Shown here piece by piece: positions 48,286 to 57,765 of a stretch of 64,000 nucleotides of DNA. The position numbers were made by a program, and so were the translations under genes. Every line of letters begins with the position of its first letter. The stretch's first letter is position 1. The notes beneath the pieces are model-generated. The model saw nothing but the letters and a program-made list of their open reading frames with translations, searched no databases and had not been told where the DNA came from. The stretch is taken from contig CAWBMP010000004.1 of assembly GCA_963790025.1 (NCBI GenBank), positions 96,001 through 160,000 on the forward strand, written 5' to 3'. This DNA is from Nitrospirota bacterium (GTDB lineage Bacteria > Nitrospirota > Thermodesulfovibrionia > Thermodesulfovibrionales > Dissulfurispiraceae).

Positions 48286-50960
48286 GCAATACCTCCACGA
48301 GCATTTTTCGAGACAGGCAGAAATATATTGAAAGTCGTTCCTTGTCCAGGTGCGCTTGTAACTATTACATATCCCCCGTGGTCTTTCACCAAACCATATA
48401 CTATGGCAAGACCCAATCCGGTCCCGGTTTTTTTGGTAGTGTAAAAAGGATCAAAAATATGGGCCATGTAATCCTTAGGTATTCCTTTTCCGGTGTCGGA
48501 GCACGTGACATTGACATAACGGCCGCTGCTTATTTGAGCTGGTATCTGGAGTGAGCCGTGCCCCAATTCCACAACCCTTGTCGATATATTTATCTCTCCT
48601 CCTTCGGGCATCGCATCTATGGAATTAAGGACCAGATTCATGATTATCTGCTCAAGCTTGCTCTCATCGCCGTCAACCGGAGGCAGCGATTCATCCAAAT
48701 ATTGATTTATTCTTATATTTTTAGGAATTAGTGTCGATACCAGACCCATCGTTTTCCTGATAACGTCATTAGCTGAAACCTGAACAAAATCACCATACTC
48801 GCGTTTTGCATACGCAAGAAGTTGTGTCACGAAATGTTTGCCCCGTTCTGCAGAGGACTTGACTATACTTGCATATTGGTCAATATCAGAAGAGGTACCT
48901 TCGCTTGAGGAAATCAGGTCCGCATACAAGCTGACCGTGGTCAGGATGTTTCCGAAGTCGTGGGCGATTCCTCCCGCAAGTGTTCCGATAGATTCCATTT
49001 TTTGAGCATGGATAAGCTGTGCCAGCATTTTTTTCCTTTCAGTAATATCACGGTGGAATGCCTGTATATATACTTTCTGGTCTATCAGCATGGATTTGGC
49101 GCTGATCTCAATAAAGCGGAAACTGCCTTCTTGGCTATAATATCTGGTCTCGAACAGCAACGTCTCACCCCGCTGCAACCGCTGCAGCTGCTCCGTCCAG
49201 GCCGATCCGTCTTTTTCAGACCTGAACAATCTCATACGTTGTCCAATCAATTCACTGCTGTCGGTTTCATACATCGAATATGCCTGTTTATTCGCGTTCA
49301 CAATAATTCCGTTATCGTCGGAAATGACTATCCCGTCCATGGAATTATCCATAATGGCTGCCAGCTGATACATTGCAGCCTCCGCTTCTTTGTGCTCGGT
49401 AATGTCTTCGTTTATGCCGTCTATCCATTTCAGTTCACCATTTTCATCATATGCTGCGGTGGCGGTCATCGAACACCAGATGGTCTTCCCGTCCTTTTTC
49501 TTCATGGCTATAACTTTGTTGTTCACGTAACCGTCGCGCCTGAGCTCATCAATATAGCCCTGTCTGTCTTCAGGGTTCCTCCACATTTCCTCCACCTTGA
49601 CTGCCAGCATCTGATCTGCTGACTCGTACCCGTGCATATGTGCCAAAGCCGGGTTTACCCGGATGAAATGTCCGCCTCCGGCAGGACTTCTAAAGATGCC
49701 GACATTTATATTGTCAACCAGTGTGTGGTATTCCATTTCGCTCTTCTGAAGGGACTGCAATACCTGCCCCTTTTCTTCGATCTCACGTTGAAGCGATTGG
49801 TTGTAAGCATCCAGTTTTTCCATAAAACCGTTAAAATATCGTGACAATTTGCCGAATTCATCTTCCGGGGTATCTGATATCCTGGCCGAAAAATCACCCG
49901 CGCTGCCTGCCTTGAATCCGGCGATAAGCCTGTTGAGACTGTTGATGATATATGAGCCATACCAAAACGTCAGAAAAAATAAAAATATCAGTGATGTGAC
50001 AAACATTACGATTAGAGTATTTCTGATATATGCAAGAGGCGCATATATTTCGTCAACATAGGCCGAGGCCGCCACGATCCAGTCCAGTTCAGGGATATAA
50101 TTAAAGAAAACCAGTTTATAGCGCAGGTTTTTTTCTCCCGGGTTTCGCCACGGATAGATTATCCTGCCGTTCTTTTGTTTGCAAAGCTCCTGAACAAAAG
50201 CCCTTCCGCTTGCGTCCTTCAAGTTAAAGAAGTTCCTTCCCTCCAGCAGGGGATGAATTATCATATTACCTTTGGAATCGACAACAAATGGGTATCCGGT
50301 TTTTCCAATACGGATACCTATTATACCTTCCCTGAAATCTTTCACGTCGAGAAGACTTAAGAATTCCTCACGGTATGCCGAGACGGATATGATCCAGTCC
50401 CAGGGCCCAAAATATGTCATATAGAGAGCTTTCGGTCTGGCCCTTGCTTCCCCGGGATTTGCCCACTCGTACTCCATATAGCCTTCCTTCCTCTTTAGCT
50501 GTTCCCGGACAAAGACATACTGGGTATTACGGGTCCCAACTAAAGCAGCTACAGGATGCACCCGGATGGCCCCCCCGCTGTCAATGCAATAGACGTAGCC
50601 GCTCTTGCCGATATGCTGACTAAGCAACATCGATATAGCGCGTTTCTTTGCGTCGCCCTCGCTTATCTCGCCCCGCATGTACTGCTCGTACAGACCTTCA
50701 AGTATATACTTGTCCTGTTCCGCCACTGCCCGGAGGTAGTTCTCTATGGATACGTGCACACCAGTTTTAACCATGTTAAGAATAGTCCTTGAAGTGTTAT
50801 TCAGTTCGCTTTCTATATTCCTCTCGATAGTCTTTCGGACAATGGGATAAATAATCAAAATACCTATGGAAAGTGTCAGCATGAATGCCGTCAGATATCC
50901 AAACAGCAATTTTGAACGTATTTTAAGGTTGGTTATTTTCTCTGAAAGATTAAAAGTCAA
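48282..50960 (-). CDS. Cache-HAMP-PAS-PAS sensor histidine kinase
   Basis: Tandem Cache_2-like repeats (IGKSGY..HP..YEW; IGKTGY..HP..YPW), DEFG HAMP, AHDFGN. Confidence 0.88.
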   Translation of the reverse strand: MTFNLSEKITNLKIRSKLLFGYLTAFMLTLSIGILIIYPIVRKTIERNIESELNNTSRTILNMVKTGVHVSIENYLRAVAEQDKYILEGLYEQYMRGEISEGDAKKRAISMLLSQHIGKSGYVYCIDSGGAIRVHPVAALVGTRNTQYVFVREQLKRKEGYMEYEWANPGEARARPKALYMTYFGPWDWIISVSAYREEFLSLLDVKDFREGIIGIRIGKTGYPFVVDSKGNMIIHPLLEGRNFFNLKDASGRAFVQELCKQKNGRIIYPWRNPGEKNLRYKLVFFNYIPELDWIVAASAYVDEIYAPLAYIRNTLIVMFVTSLIFLFFLTFWYGSYIINSLNRLIAGFKAGSAGDFSARISDTPEDEFGKLSRYFNGFMEKLDAYNQSLQREIEEKGQVLQSLQKSEMEYHTLVDNINVGIFRSPAGGGHFIRVNPALAHMHGYESADQMLAVKVEEMWRNPEDRQGYIDELRRDGYVNNKVIAMKKKDGKTIWCSMTATAAYDENGELKWIDGINEDITEHKEAEAAMYQLAAIMDNSMDGIVISDDNGIIVNANKQAYSMYETDSSELIGQRMRLFRSEKDGSAWTEQLQRLQRGETLLFETRYYSQEGSFRFIEISAKSMLIDQKVYIQAFHRDITERKKMLAQLIHAQKMESIGTLAGGIAHDFGNILTTVSLYADLISSSEGTSSDIDQYASIVKSSAERGKHFVTQLLAYAKREYGDFVQVSANDVIRKTMGLVSTLIPKNIRINQYLDESLPPVDGDESKLEQIIMNLVLNSIDAMPEGGEINISTRVVELGHGSLQIPAQISSGRYVNVTCSDTGKGIPKDYMAHIFDPFYTTKKTGTGLGLAIVYGLVKDHGGYVIVTSAPGQGTTFNIFLPVSKNARGGIA

Positions 50961-50989
50961 CGCTTGCTTTCTTCGTAAAATACCGGTCT

Positions 50990-52648
50990 TTATTCATCAC
51001 GCATGATTGCGCCGTTTCCTGCAGAACTCACAAGTTTCGCATAACGGGAAAGATATCCGTGGCGTATCTTGGGCTGAGGTCGTTTCCACCCGGCAAGCCT
51101 TTCCTTGATCTCCCTGTCTGAAATAAGAACTTCTATTTTCCTTTTCGGAATATCGATATTGATCCTGTCACCGTCTTTCAGGATTGCAATAGGGCCGCCT
51201 TCCATCGCTTCCGGTGAAATATGGCCGATGCAGGGCCCGCGGGTGCCGCCCGAGAATCTGCCGTCCGTAATCAGTGCAACAGATTCGCTTAACCCCATCC
51301 CTGCAATAGCGGACGTAGGCGACAGCATTTCCCTCATCCCCGGTCCGCCCTTCGGCCCCTCATATCGTATGACCACAACATCACCAGCTTTTATGTCGCC
51401 ATTCATTATTGACTTCATGGCGGCTTCTTCGGAGTCAAAAATACATGCCGCACCTTCAAATTTCATAATATTTTTGCTTACCGCAGTCTGCTTGACAACA
51501 GCCCCTTCAGGCGCCAGGTTCCCCTTCAGTATCGCTATTCCGCCCTCTTTATGATAGGCCTTGTCCAGAGACCTGATTACATCCTCATCCATTATCATTG
51601 CTTCCCTTGCGATCCTGGAAATATTCAATCCGGAAACGGTTAGAGAAGGGTTGAGCATTCCCTTGAGCCGGTTAAGCACTGCAGGAATGCCTCCTGCATG
51701 GTCCAGGTCCTCCATATAGTAGACACCTCCGGGGATCATGCTGGTAATATGAGGGGTCTTCCGGCTGAGGATATTGAAAATCTCAAGTGGCAGCTTTACT
51801 CCGGTTTCATAAGCAATAGCAGGAATATGCAGGGTAGTATTAGTAGAACCGCCAAGTGCGAGGTCGACCATGATAGCATTTTCAAAGGCCTTCCCTGTCA
51901 TTATTTTGCGGGGTGTTATATTCTTTTTAACCAGGTCCACAACCCTCCTGCCGCTCTCAAAAGCTATTCTTCTTTTTTGGGCCAGCACTGCAGGGGAAGT
52001 GGCGCAACCGGGTAAACTCATCCCGAGTGCCTCGGTAATGCAAGCCATCGTGTTGGCAGTATACATTCCCTGGCACGAGCCGGCGCCGGGACAGGCACAC
52101 ATTTCCATGGCTTCCAGCTCATCGTCTTTTATCAATCCCTTCTTATATTTTCCCACTGCCTCAAATGTATCACTGGTAAGATTAAGCCTCCTGCCCTTAT
52201 AATGCCCTGAAAGCATGGGGCCGGCAGTTACCACTATGCTGGGAATATTCACCCTGGCGGCGGCCATGAGCATGCCTGGTGTTATTTTATCGCAGTTGGT
52301 AAGAAGTACCAGACCGTCAAGCTGGTGTGCCTCTGCAACGGTTTCAACCATGTCTGCAATCAACTCCCGCGAAGCGAGGGAATAATGCATTCCTTTATGA
52401 CCCATGGCAATACCGTCACAGATGCCCGGAATGCCAAAAAAGAAAGGATAACCGCCCCCTGTGTGGACACCCTTCTCAATAAAGCGTTCAAGGTCCCTCA
52501 TCCCCGCGTGTCCGGGAATAATATCGGTAAAACTGGTTGCAACCCCTATAAAAGGTTTTTCCATCTCGCTTTTGGGGATGCCTGTTGCGTAGAGGAGAGC
52601 CCTGTGAGGTAGCCTTTCAAGCCCTTTTTTAATAGTTTTGCTTCTCAT
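50990..52648 (-). CDS. ilvD: Dihydroxy-acid dehydratase
   Basis: [48 protein letters not shown]. Confidence 0.97.
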   Translation of the reverse strand: MRSKTIKKGLERLPHRALLYATGIPKSEMEKPFIGVATSFTDIIPGHAGMRDLERFIEKGVHTGGGYPFFFGIPGICDGIAMGHKGMHYSLASRELIADMVETVAEAHQLDGLVLLTNCDKITPGMLMAAARVNIPSIVVTAGPMLSGHYKGRRLNLTSDTFEAVGKYKKGLIKDDELEAMEMCACPGAGSCQGMYTANTMACITEALGMSLPGCATSPAVLAQKRRIAFESGRRVVDLVKKNITPRKIMTGKAFENAIMVDLALGGSTNTTLHIPAIAYETGVKLPLEIFNILSRKTPHITSMIPGGVYYMEDLDHAGGIPAVLNRLKGMLNPSLTVSGLNISRIAREAMIMDEDVIRSLDKAYHKEGGIAILKGNLAPEGAVVKQTAVSKNIMKFEGAACIFDSEEAAMKSIMNGDIKAGDVVVIRYEGPKGGPGMREMLSPTSAIAGMGLSESVALITDGRFSGGTRGPCIGHISPEAMEGGPIAILKDGDRINIDIPKRKIEVLISDREIKERLAGWKRPQPKIRHGYLSRYAKLVSSAGNGAIMRDE

Positions 52649-52673
52649 AATTACCCATTTACTCATTCTCCCT

Positions 52674-52898
52674 TTAGTTGATGCCCCTCTTAAAGTGCTT
52701 TATCAATTCCGCTATTTTGTCTTTTTTGGAAAGCTTTTCCTTCTTCATCCGGAGTACTTCAAGTTCTTCTTCAGGTGTAAGGTAATGTTTTTTGTTAAGC
52801 TCCGAAAGTATGCTATCCAGTTGCCTATGTTCCTGGTAAAGCCTTCTGAACTCTTCATTGTCCTTTTTTAAAGTTTCAATGATTTCCTCTTCGCTCAT
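52674..52898 (-). CDS. DUF465/YdcH-like small coiled-coil protein
   Basis: [29 protein letters not shown] pattern. Confidence 0.78.
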   Translation of the reverse strand: MSEEEIIETLKKDNEEFRRLYQEHRQLDSILSELNKKHYLTPEEELEVLRMKKEKLSKKDKIAELIKHFKRGIN

Positions 52899-53022
52899 AT
52901 AGCATCCCTCCCTTTTATTTATTATCTATAGAATTTTACAACAAACTTACAAAAACAGTAAATGAGTAGATGGGTAAATGGGTAATAAAAAAAGTCTTTT
53001 ACCAATTTACTGATCCACTCAT

Positions 53023-53946
53023 TCACTGTTTTGCAGGCATCTCAATGGGCTTGGTGAATTCCAAGGGGTTCCTGGGCGCAACATTGAGCGGCCCGAACAA
53101 GGATTTCTTTTGCTCCTGCCCGGCAGCCGGTTTTTCTGCAGCCGGTGCTGGAGCTTTTGTCTCGGCAGGCTGGACCGTCATCGGCGGCCGCGGAACTCTC
53201 TCATTGAGCACAATTATGCTGATTCTCCTGTTTCTGGAGTCAGTGGGACTATCTTTATAAAGCAGTTGGGTATCGGCATAGCCGACTACCCGGGCAATCC
53301 TGCCGGAGTCAACACTGTTCTGCTCAAGATTCCGGCGGGCAGTTGACGCCCTTTCAGTAGATAGTTCCCAGTTGGTATACTTTTCACGCTTAAGGGGGGA
53401 TGAATCTGTATGGCCTTCCACAGCGATCTTGTTCGGCATATCTTTAATATTATCCGCAACAAAGCCTAAAATTTCTTTTGCGCTTGAACTAAGCTCCGCT
53501 CCGCCGGGAAGGAACATCGGTTTGCCCTCTGTATCGACAACTTGAATTCTAACGCCCTCCGGGACGGCATCAATCATCACATGTTCTTTCAGTCCCTGCA
53601 ATTTCTCGTCTATCGCTTTTTTCAGCTTGTTTTGGAAATCTTCGGCAAATGCCTTTGCAGACTCCTGGGAGACGGTCTGCGCTTCACCGCCAGGTTTGGA
53701 TAAAATCTGTGAAGATTCTTGCATGAACGACTTGCCGGATTTTTCAAATATGGAGAAGTTCTTGAAATATTCTGCCATAGAGGCCCTCTTCTGAGGCGTG
53801 ACCATCGCAAGCAGCCACATCAGCAGGAAAAAGGCCATCATTGCGGTCACAAAATCGGCATAAGCGACCTTCCAGCTGCCCCCGTGGCCGCCTTCGTGTC
53901 CCCTCCTGATTTTTTTGACTATTACAGTCTTGGATTTGTCAGCCAT
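53023..53946 (-). CDS. motB: Flagellar stator MotB (set 1)
   Basis: WKVAYADFVTAMMAFF, EGHTD, NWELS..RA, NRRI. Confidence 0.95.
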   Translation of the reverse strand: MADKSKTVIVKKIRRGHEGGHGGSWKVAYADFVTAMMAFFLLMWLLAMVTPQKRASMAEYFKNFSIFEKSGKSFMQESSQILSKPGGEAQTVSQESAKAFAEDFQNKLKKAIDEKLQGLKEHVMIDAVPEGVRIQVVDTEGKPMFLPGGAELSSSAKEILGFVADNIKDMPNKIAVEGHTDSSPLKREKYTNWELSTERASTARRNLEQNSVDSGRIARVVGYADTQLLYKDSPTDSRNRRISIIVLNERVPRPPMTVQPAETKAPAPAAEKPAAGQEQKKSLFGPLNVAPRNPLEFTKPIEMPAKQ

Positions 53947-54053
53947 CTAAAAAATCAGGCAAAGGTAGAGGTAAAGATTAAGACAAATTAGATCAAAAAT
54001 AAAAACTTTATCTTTATCCTTTTCTTTACCTTCCTTACTTACCTTTACCTGCC

Positions 54054-54911
54054 TCACTTCTTCAGTTCCCTTATTTTTTCCTCAATTTCTACGAATGAGG
54101 GTTTCACGTTAGCGGGGATTACCCGTCTGCCGAATTCCACTGCAATTTGCGGCGCTGCCCCCCCTACAAATCCTACAAGGGCTATCTTTAATACATTCAG
54201 GTAATCTCTTTCTTCATTTGCACCGAACTCGAGATTTTTTGCCGCGGGCCCGACAAAGCCATAGCACATCAACACACCAAGAAAAGTGCCCACCAGCGCC
54301 GAGGCAACACTGTGCCCGATAATTTCGGGAGGTTCGCTTATTTTCCCCATCGTTATGACAACACCAAGGACCGCCGCAACAATTCCGAGGCCCGGGAGGG
54401 AGTCGGCAATCGTACCGATACTCTTGGATGGGATCATTAATTCTTCATGATGCGACTCAAGCTCTGTATCGAGCAGAGATTCGAGTTCATGCGGCGCTAT
54501 ACTGGTGGTCATTACCGTCCGCAGGGTATCGGTAACCAATGAAACAGCATGATGATTTTTAAGAAATTTAGGGTAGTTGCTGAAAATCTTGCTTTCCTCA
54601 GGGTTGTCCACGTCAGCCTCAATCGAAACAAGACCCTCTTTTCGTATTTTTGCGAATATTTCACTTAAAAGCAAAAGCACTTCTATATAATCACCCTTGG
54701 AATATGTCTTGCCTGTAAGTAGTTTAACAATACCGCCAATAACGGCCTTGATGACCTTGACAGGAGAGGCTATAATAAAACCACCGATTGCCGCTCCAAA
54801 TATTATAAGCAGTTCGACCGGCTGAAAGATAACACTGAGGTTTCCTTTCTCTATCATAAAACCGCCGATAACACAACCAAAAACGATGACCGCTCCGATT
54901 ATAGCAAACAT
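54054..54911 (-). CDS. motA: Flagellar stator MotA (set 1)
   Basis: LPGLGIVAAVLGVV, ALVGTFLG, AVEFGRR. Confidence 0.95.
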   Translation of the reverse strand: MFAIIGAVIVFGCVIGGFMIEKGNLSVIFQPVELLIIFGAAIGGFIIASPVKVIKAVIGGIVKLLTGKTYSKGDYIEVLLLLSEIFAKIRKEGLVSIEADVDNPEESKIFSNYPKFLKNHHAVSLVTDTLRTVMTTSIAPHELESLLDTELESHHEELMIPSKSIGTIADSLPGLGIVAAVLGVVITMGKISEPPEIIGHSVASALVGTFLGVLMCYGFVGPAAKNLEFGANEERDYLNVLKIALVGFVGGAAPQIAVEFGRRVIPANVKPSFVEIEEKIRELKK

Positions 54912-54921
54912 AAAACCTCGT

Positions 54922-55458
54922 TCATCTGCGTTTTTCCCTTAGTATTTCACGCTGTTTGCTGAAGACGAATTTGACAATTTCATCCCTGACATCCTCATCC
55001 ATGGCAATAAATTTTGTCGCAGTCAGGTAGTTGTTCTTGAGCTGTTCAGTCTTTACGACTTCTCCGTAAATAAAAAGTGCAACAGGCGGCATCATCGGTA
55101 AAATTATCTTGATCTCGAGAATATCTCCCATCTTAAAACTGTTTTTGGAAAAAAACCCGATGCCGCCCCCGCTAATATTGACATGGGCATAAGGCATAGA
55201 GCCAAACCCCTCTCTCTGAAAAGAAAGCATGCTCACAATAGCATCGAGCTTTGAGTTAAGTGCCTTGATCCATTCACTAAGGACCTTGTCCTGCAACTCC
55301 GGCATTGCACGAGTCTCGGCAAAGGCCGTGCCGCCTGAAGGTCTGGCCCTTATAGTGCCGTGTTCCTCTGCCGGCACCACTCTCGTCTCAAAAGGGACAT
55401 GAGCATCAACCCTGGAGAATTCTCTCGCTTTTTGATATTCTTCTTCATCCTGTGCCAT
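54922..55458 (-). CDS. PilZ-domain (c-di-GMP-binding) protein
   Basis: REFSR (RxxxR) and NISGGG (NxSxxG) motifs. Confidence 0.85.
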   Translation of the reverse strand: MAQDEEEYQKAREFSRVDAHVPFETRVVPAEEHGTIRARPSGGTAFAETRAMPELQDKVLSEWIKALNSKLDAIVSMLSFQREGFGSMPYAHVNISGGGIGFFSKNSFKMGDILEIKIILPMMPPVALFIYGEVVKTEQLKNNYLTATKFIAMDEDVRDEIVKFVFSKQREILREKRR

Positions 55459-55566
55459 AAAAACCCCCAAAGAACAGGTATAGGTAAAGATGCAGGTAAA
55501 GACAAAAATTAGCTTCTTTTTTGCTTCTCTTTCCCTCTCCCGCTACCTTTGCCTCTACCTTGCTTT

Positions 55567-56211
55567 CTATTGCGCTATTATTATTTCAACCCGCCTGTTC
55601 TTCTGCCTGCCCTCTTCGGTGGCATTGCTCTCCAAAGGCCTGAATTCAGCATATCCCGCAATTGAAAATTTGGTTGGATCAACCCCTTTTTCAATAAAAA
55701 AATGGAGTATGCTGGCGGCCCTGGCAGTGGACAACTCCCAGTTAGAAGTATATTTGGAGCTTGCTATCGGGATATTGTCCGTATGCCCCTCGATGGTAAG
55801 CTTTCCATGGGCAGCATTCAGCACTTTCGAAAGCTCCGTCAGAACTGACTGTATTTCCGTCTTGACATCCGCAGACCCTGAGGCAAAAAGAACACCATCC
55901 GAGAATGTTATCACCACCCCTCGCGGCTCGTTCTTTACAGTAATGCCCTTCAGGTCCGAGGTCACCTTCCTTATATCATCTATAAGCATTGATTTTTGGG
56001 TGTCCATGAGTGCAATAGGTTTGTCCATTACCTTGAAGCTCGCATTAAGTGAACCCGAAAACTGCTCCATTTTTTTTATATCAACCGAGGACAACGCATA
56101 AAGGGCAACAAAAAATGTGAACAACAATGTAATAAAATCAGCATAGGATATCAGCCACCTTTCGCTGTTATCATGCTCTTCTTCACTATATCGATTATTT
56201 CTCACAATCAC
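55567..56211 (-). CDS. Second stator B subunit (MotD/MotS-like)
   Basis: RWLISYADFITLLF, OmpA-like EGHTDN, NWELS, NRRVEI. Confidence 0.9.
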   Translation of the reverse strand: MIVRNNRYSEEEHDNSERWLISYADFITLLFTFFVALYALSSVDIKKMEQFSGSLNASFKVMDKPIALMDTQKSMLIDDIRKVTSDLKGITVKNEPRGVVITFSDGVLFASGSADVKTEIQSVLTELSKVLNAAHGKLTIEGHTDNIPIASSKYTSNWELSTARAASILHFFIEKGVDPTKFSIAGYAEFRPLESNATEEGRQKNRRVEIIIAQ

Positions 56212-56241
56212 TCCGTTCGTTCACGCACAACGCTGAACGCC

Positions 56242-56997
56242 TCATGACTTTTCATAGTCCGCCAGAAATGCATTCATGCGGGCTTTGAGAAAGTAAGGGT
56301 TGACGCCGCTTTCGATTCCCAGGACACCCTCAACTATCAGTTCCTTGACAAATACCTCCTCTTTAAGCCTGTTCATCACCTTTTTGCCGAGAGGTATGAG
56401 AAAAAGGTTGGCTGATCCGACACCGTAAATCGTTGCAACGAAGGCGACTGCTATTCCACCGCCGATTTTTGACGGATCGGTGACATTACGCATGACCTGA
56501 ATAAGACCCAGAACAGCGCCTAATATGCCTATGGTCGGTGCATACCCGCCAGCTGACTCATATACTTTTGATGCTTTTTTGTAGGTTTCCTCATAGGTGG
56601 AAATCTCCTGGTAAAGTATTTCCTTTATCATTGCAGGAGGAATACCGTCGATGACAAGCGACAACCCTTTCCTCAGGAATGGGTTGTCGATAGTTTTGAC
56701 CTGAGACTCAAGGGTCAGCAGACCCATCTTCCTGGCCTTAACCAGAAGACCTAAAATGTCCTCTATTACTTCACCGGGCGATGACGACCTGCCGCCGAAG
56801 ACCATGCCAAGCGCCATGACAGCATTAAATAAATCCCTGATCGAAAAGCTCAGCATAGTCGCGCCCAGCGTACCGCCGAAAACGATTATTGCCGCGGCGA
56901 CCTGTACAAGATGGGCGGTGTTGCCGCCTTCAACCAGGTTTCCGCCGATTATAGCGCCTATTCCGAGAATAATGCCTATTAGTGCAGCTATATCCAT
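56242..56997 (-). CDS. Second stator A subunit (MotC/PomA-like)
   Basis: GGYAPTIGILGAVLGLI, AFVATIYGV. Confidence 0.92.
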   Translation of the reverse strand: MDIAALIGIILGIGAIIGGNLVEGGNTAHLVQVAAAIIVFGGTLGATMLSFSIRDLFNAVMALGMVFGGRSSSPGEVIEDILGLLVKARKMGLLTLESQVKTIDNPFLRKGLSLVIDGIPPAMIKEILYQEISTYEETYKKASKVYESAGGYAPTIGILGAVLGLIQVMRNVTDPSKIGGGIAVAFVATIYGVGSANLFLIPLGKKVMNRLKEEVFVKELIVEGVLGIESGVNPYFLKARMNAFLADYEKS

Positions 56998-57038
56998 TTT
57001 TTCCTGATGCCGCGAAATTTGCTTTATTATATACTATT

Positions 57039-57335
57039 TGAGTAAATGGGTAAATGGGTAGATGAGTGGACGGGTAAATAAGTAAATGGGAACGCGGTAA
57101 TACTTGACACACTACTGTCAAACCTCGTGGAGCTTGTTACGAAGAAACACTTGGATATTAGCCTTAAAGACATTGAAAGTGACATTAAGCTGCTCAAATG
57201 GATCATGGGCGTTATAATTGCAGGCACCTATCTATATAATCCACCCATTTACTCATAAACTTATTTACTCGTACACTCATACACTCGTTCACCCATTTAC
57301 TCATTTACTCTTTTACTTTTCTCATATACTCATTC
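57039..57335. repeat. Inverted 8-mer arrays (GRGTAAAT / ACYCATTT family)
   Basis: gagtaaat gggtaaat gggtagat gagtggac gggtaaat aagtaaat ... acccattt actcataa acttattt actcgtac actcatac actcgttc acccattt actcattt; relatives at 25901-25957, 52651-52668, 52957-53028. Confidence 0.85.
57094..57257 (+). pseudogene. Gene relic resembling the C-terminus of DUF1640/CCDC90-like coiled-coil proteins
   Basis: Manual translation ...NLVELVTKKHLDISLKDIESDIKLLKWIMGVIIAG...; no clear start; flanked by inverted 8-mer arrays. Confidence 0.45.
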
Positions 57336-57765
57336 ACGCACTCACACTTTCACTCATCCCCCCACTCACACTTTCACTCATTCCCCCATTCACCGTATCC
57401 TTGATCTGTGTCCAACCTTCGCGCACGTCTTTCAGCAGGGAGGCAATGTGGAGCAGTTTGGCGCCGTCATTGCTGACATTTGCCATGAAAATCTCTGTCA
57501 TCATATAACCATACAGGCCGCGCAGGTTCACAGCCACTTCTCCTCCTACATCCATATCCAGGCTCCTGTCGAGCTCCTCGATGATTGCCAATGCGTTGCT
57601 GATATATTTCAGCTTTATATGCAGGTTTTTCATGTTTATCCCTGTGGCTGCCTTATGAAGGAACTCGATGGCCCCATCGTAAAGCATGATAATCAGGTCA
57701 ACAGGGCTGCCGCCGACAACCTTTGCCTGAGTGTAAGAATTCAGGGCATACGCTGTGTTTACCAT
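57334..57765 (-). CDS. fliS: Flagellin chaperone FliS
   Basis: SPVDLIIMLYDGAI, GGEVAVNLRGLYGYM, REGW. Confidence 0.94.
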   Translation of the reverse strand: MVNTAYALNSYTQAKVVGGSPVDLIIMLYDGAIEFLHKAATGINMKNLHIKLKYISNALAIIEELDRSLDMDVGGEVAVNLRGLYGYMMTEIFMANVSNDGAKLLHIASLLKDVREGWTQIKDTVNGGMSESVSGGMSESVSA

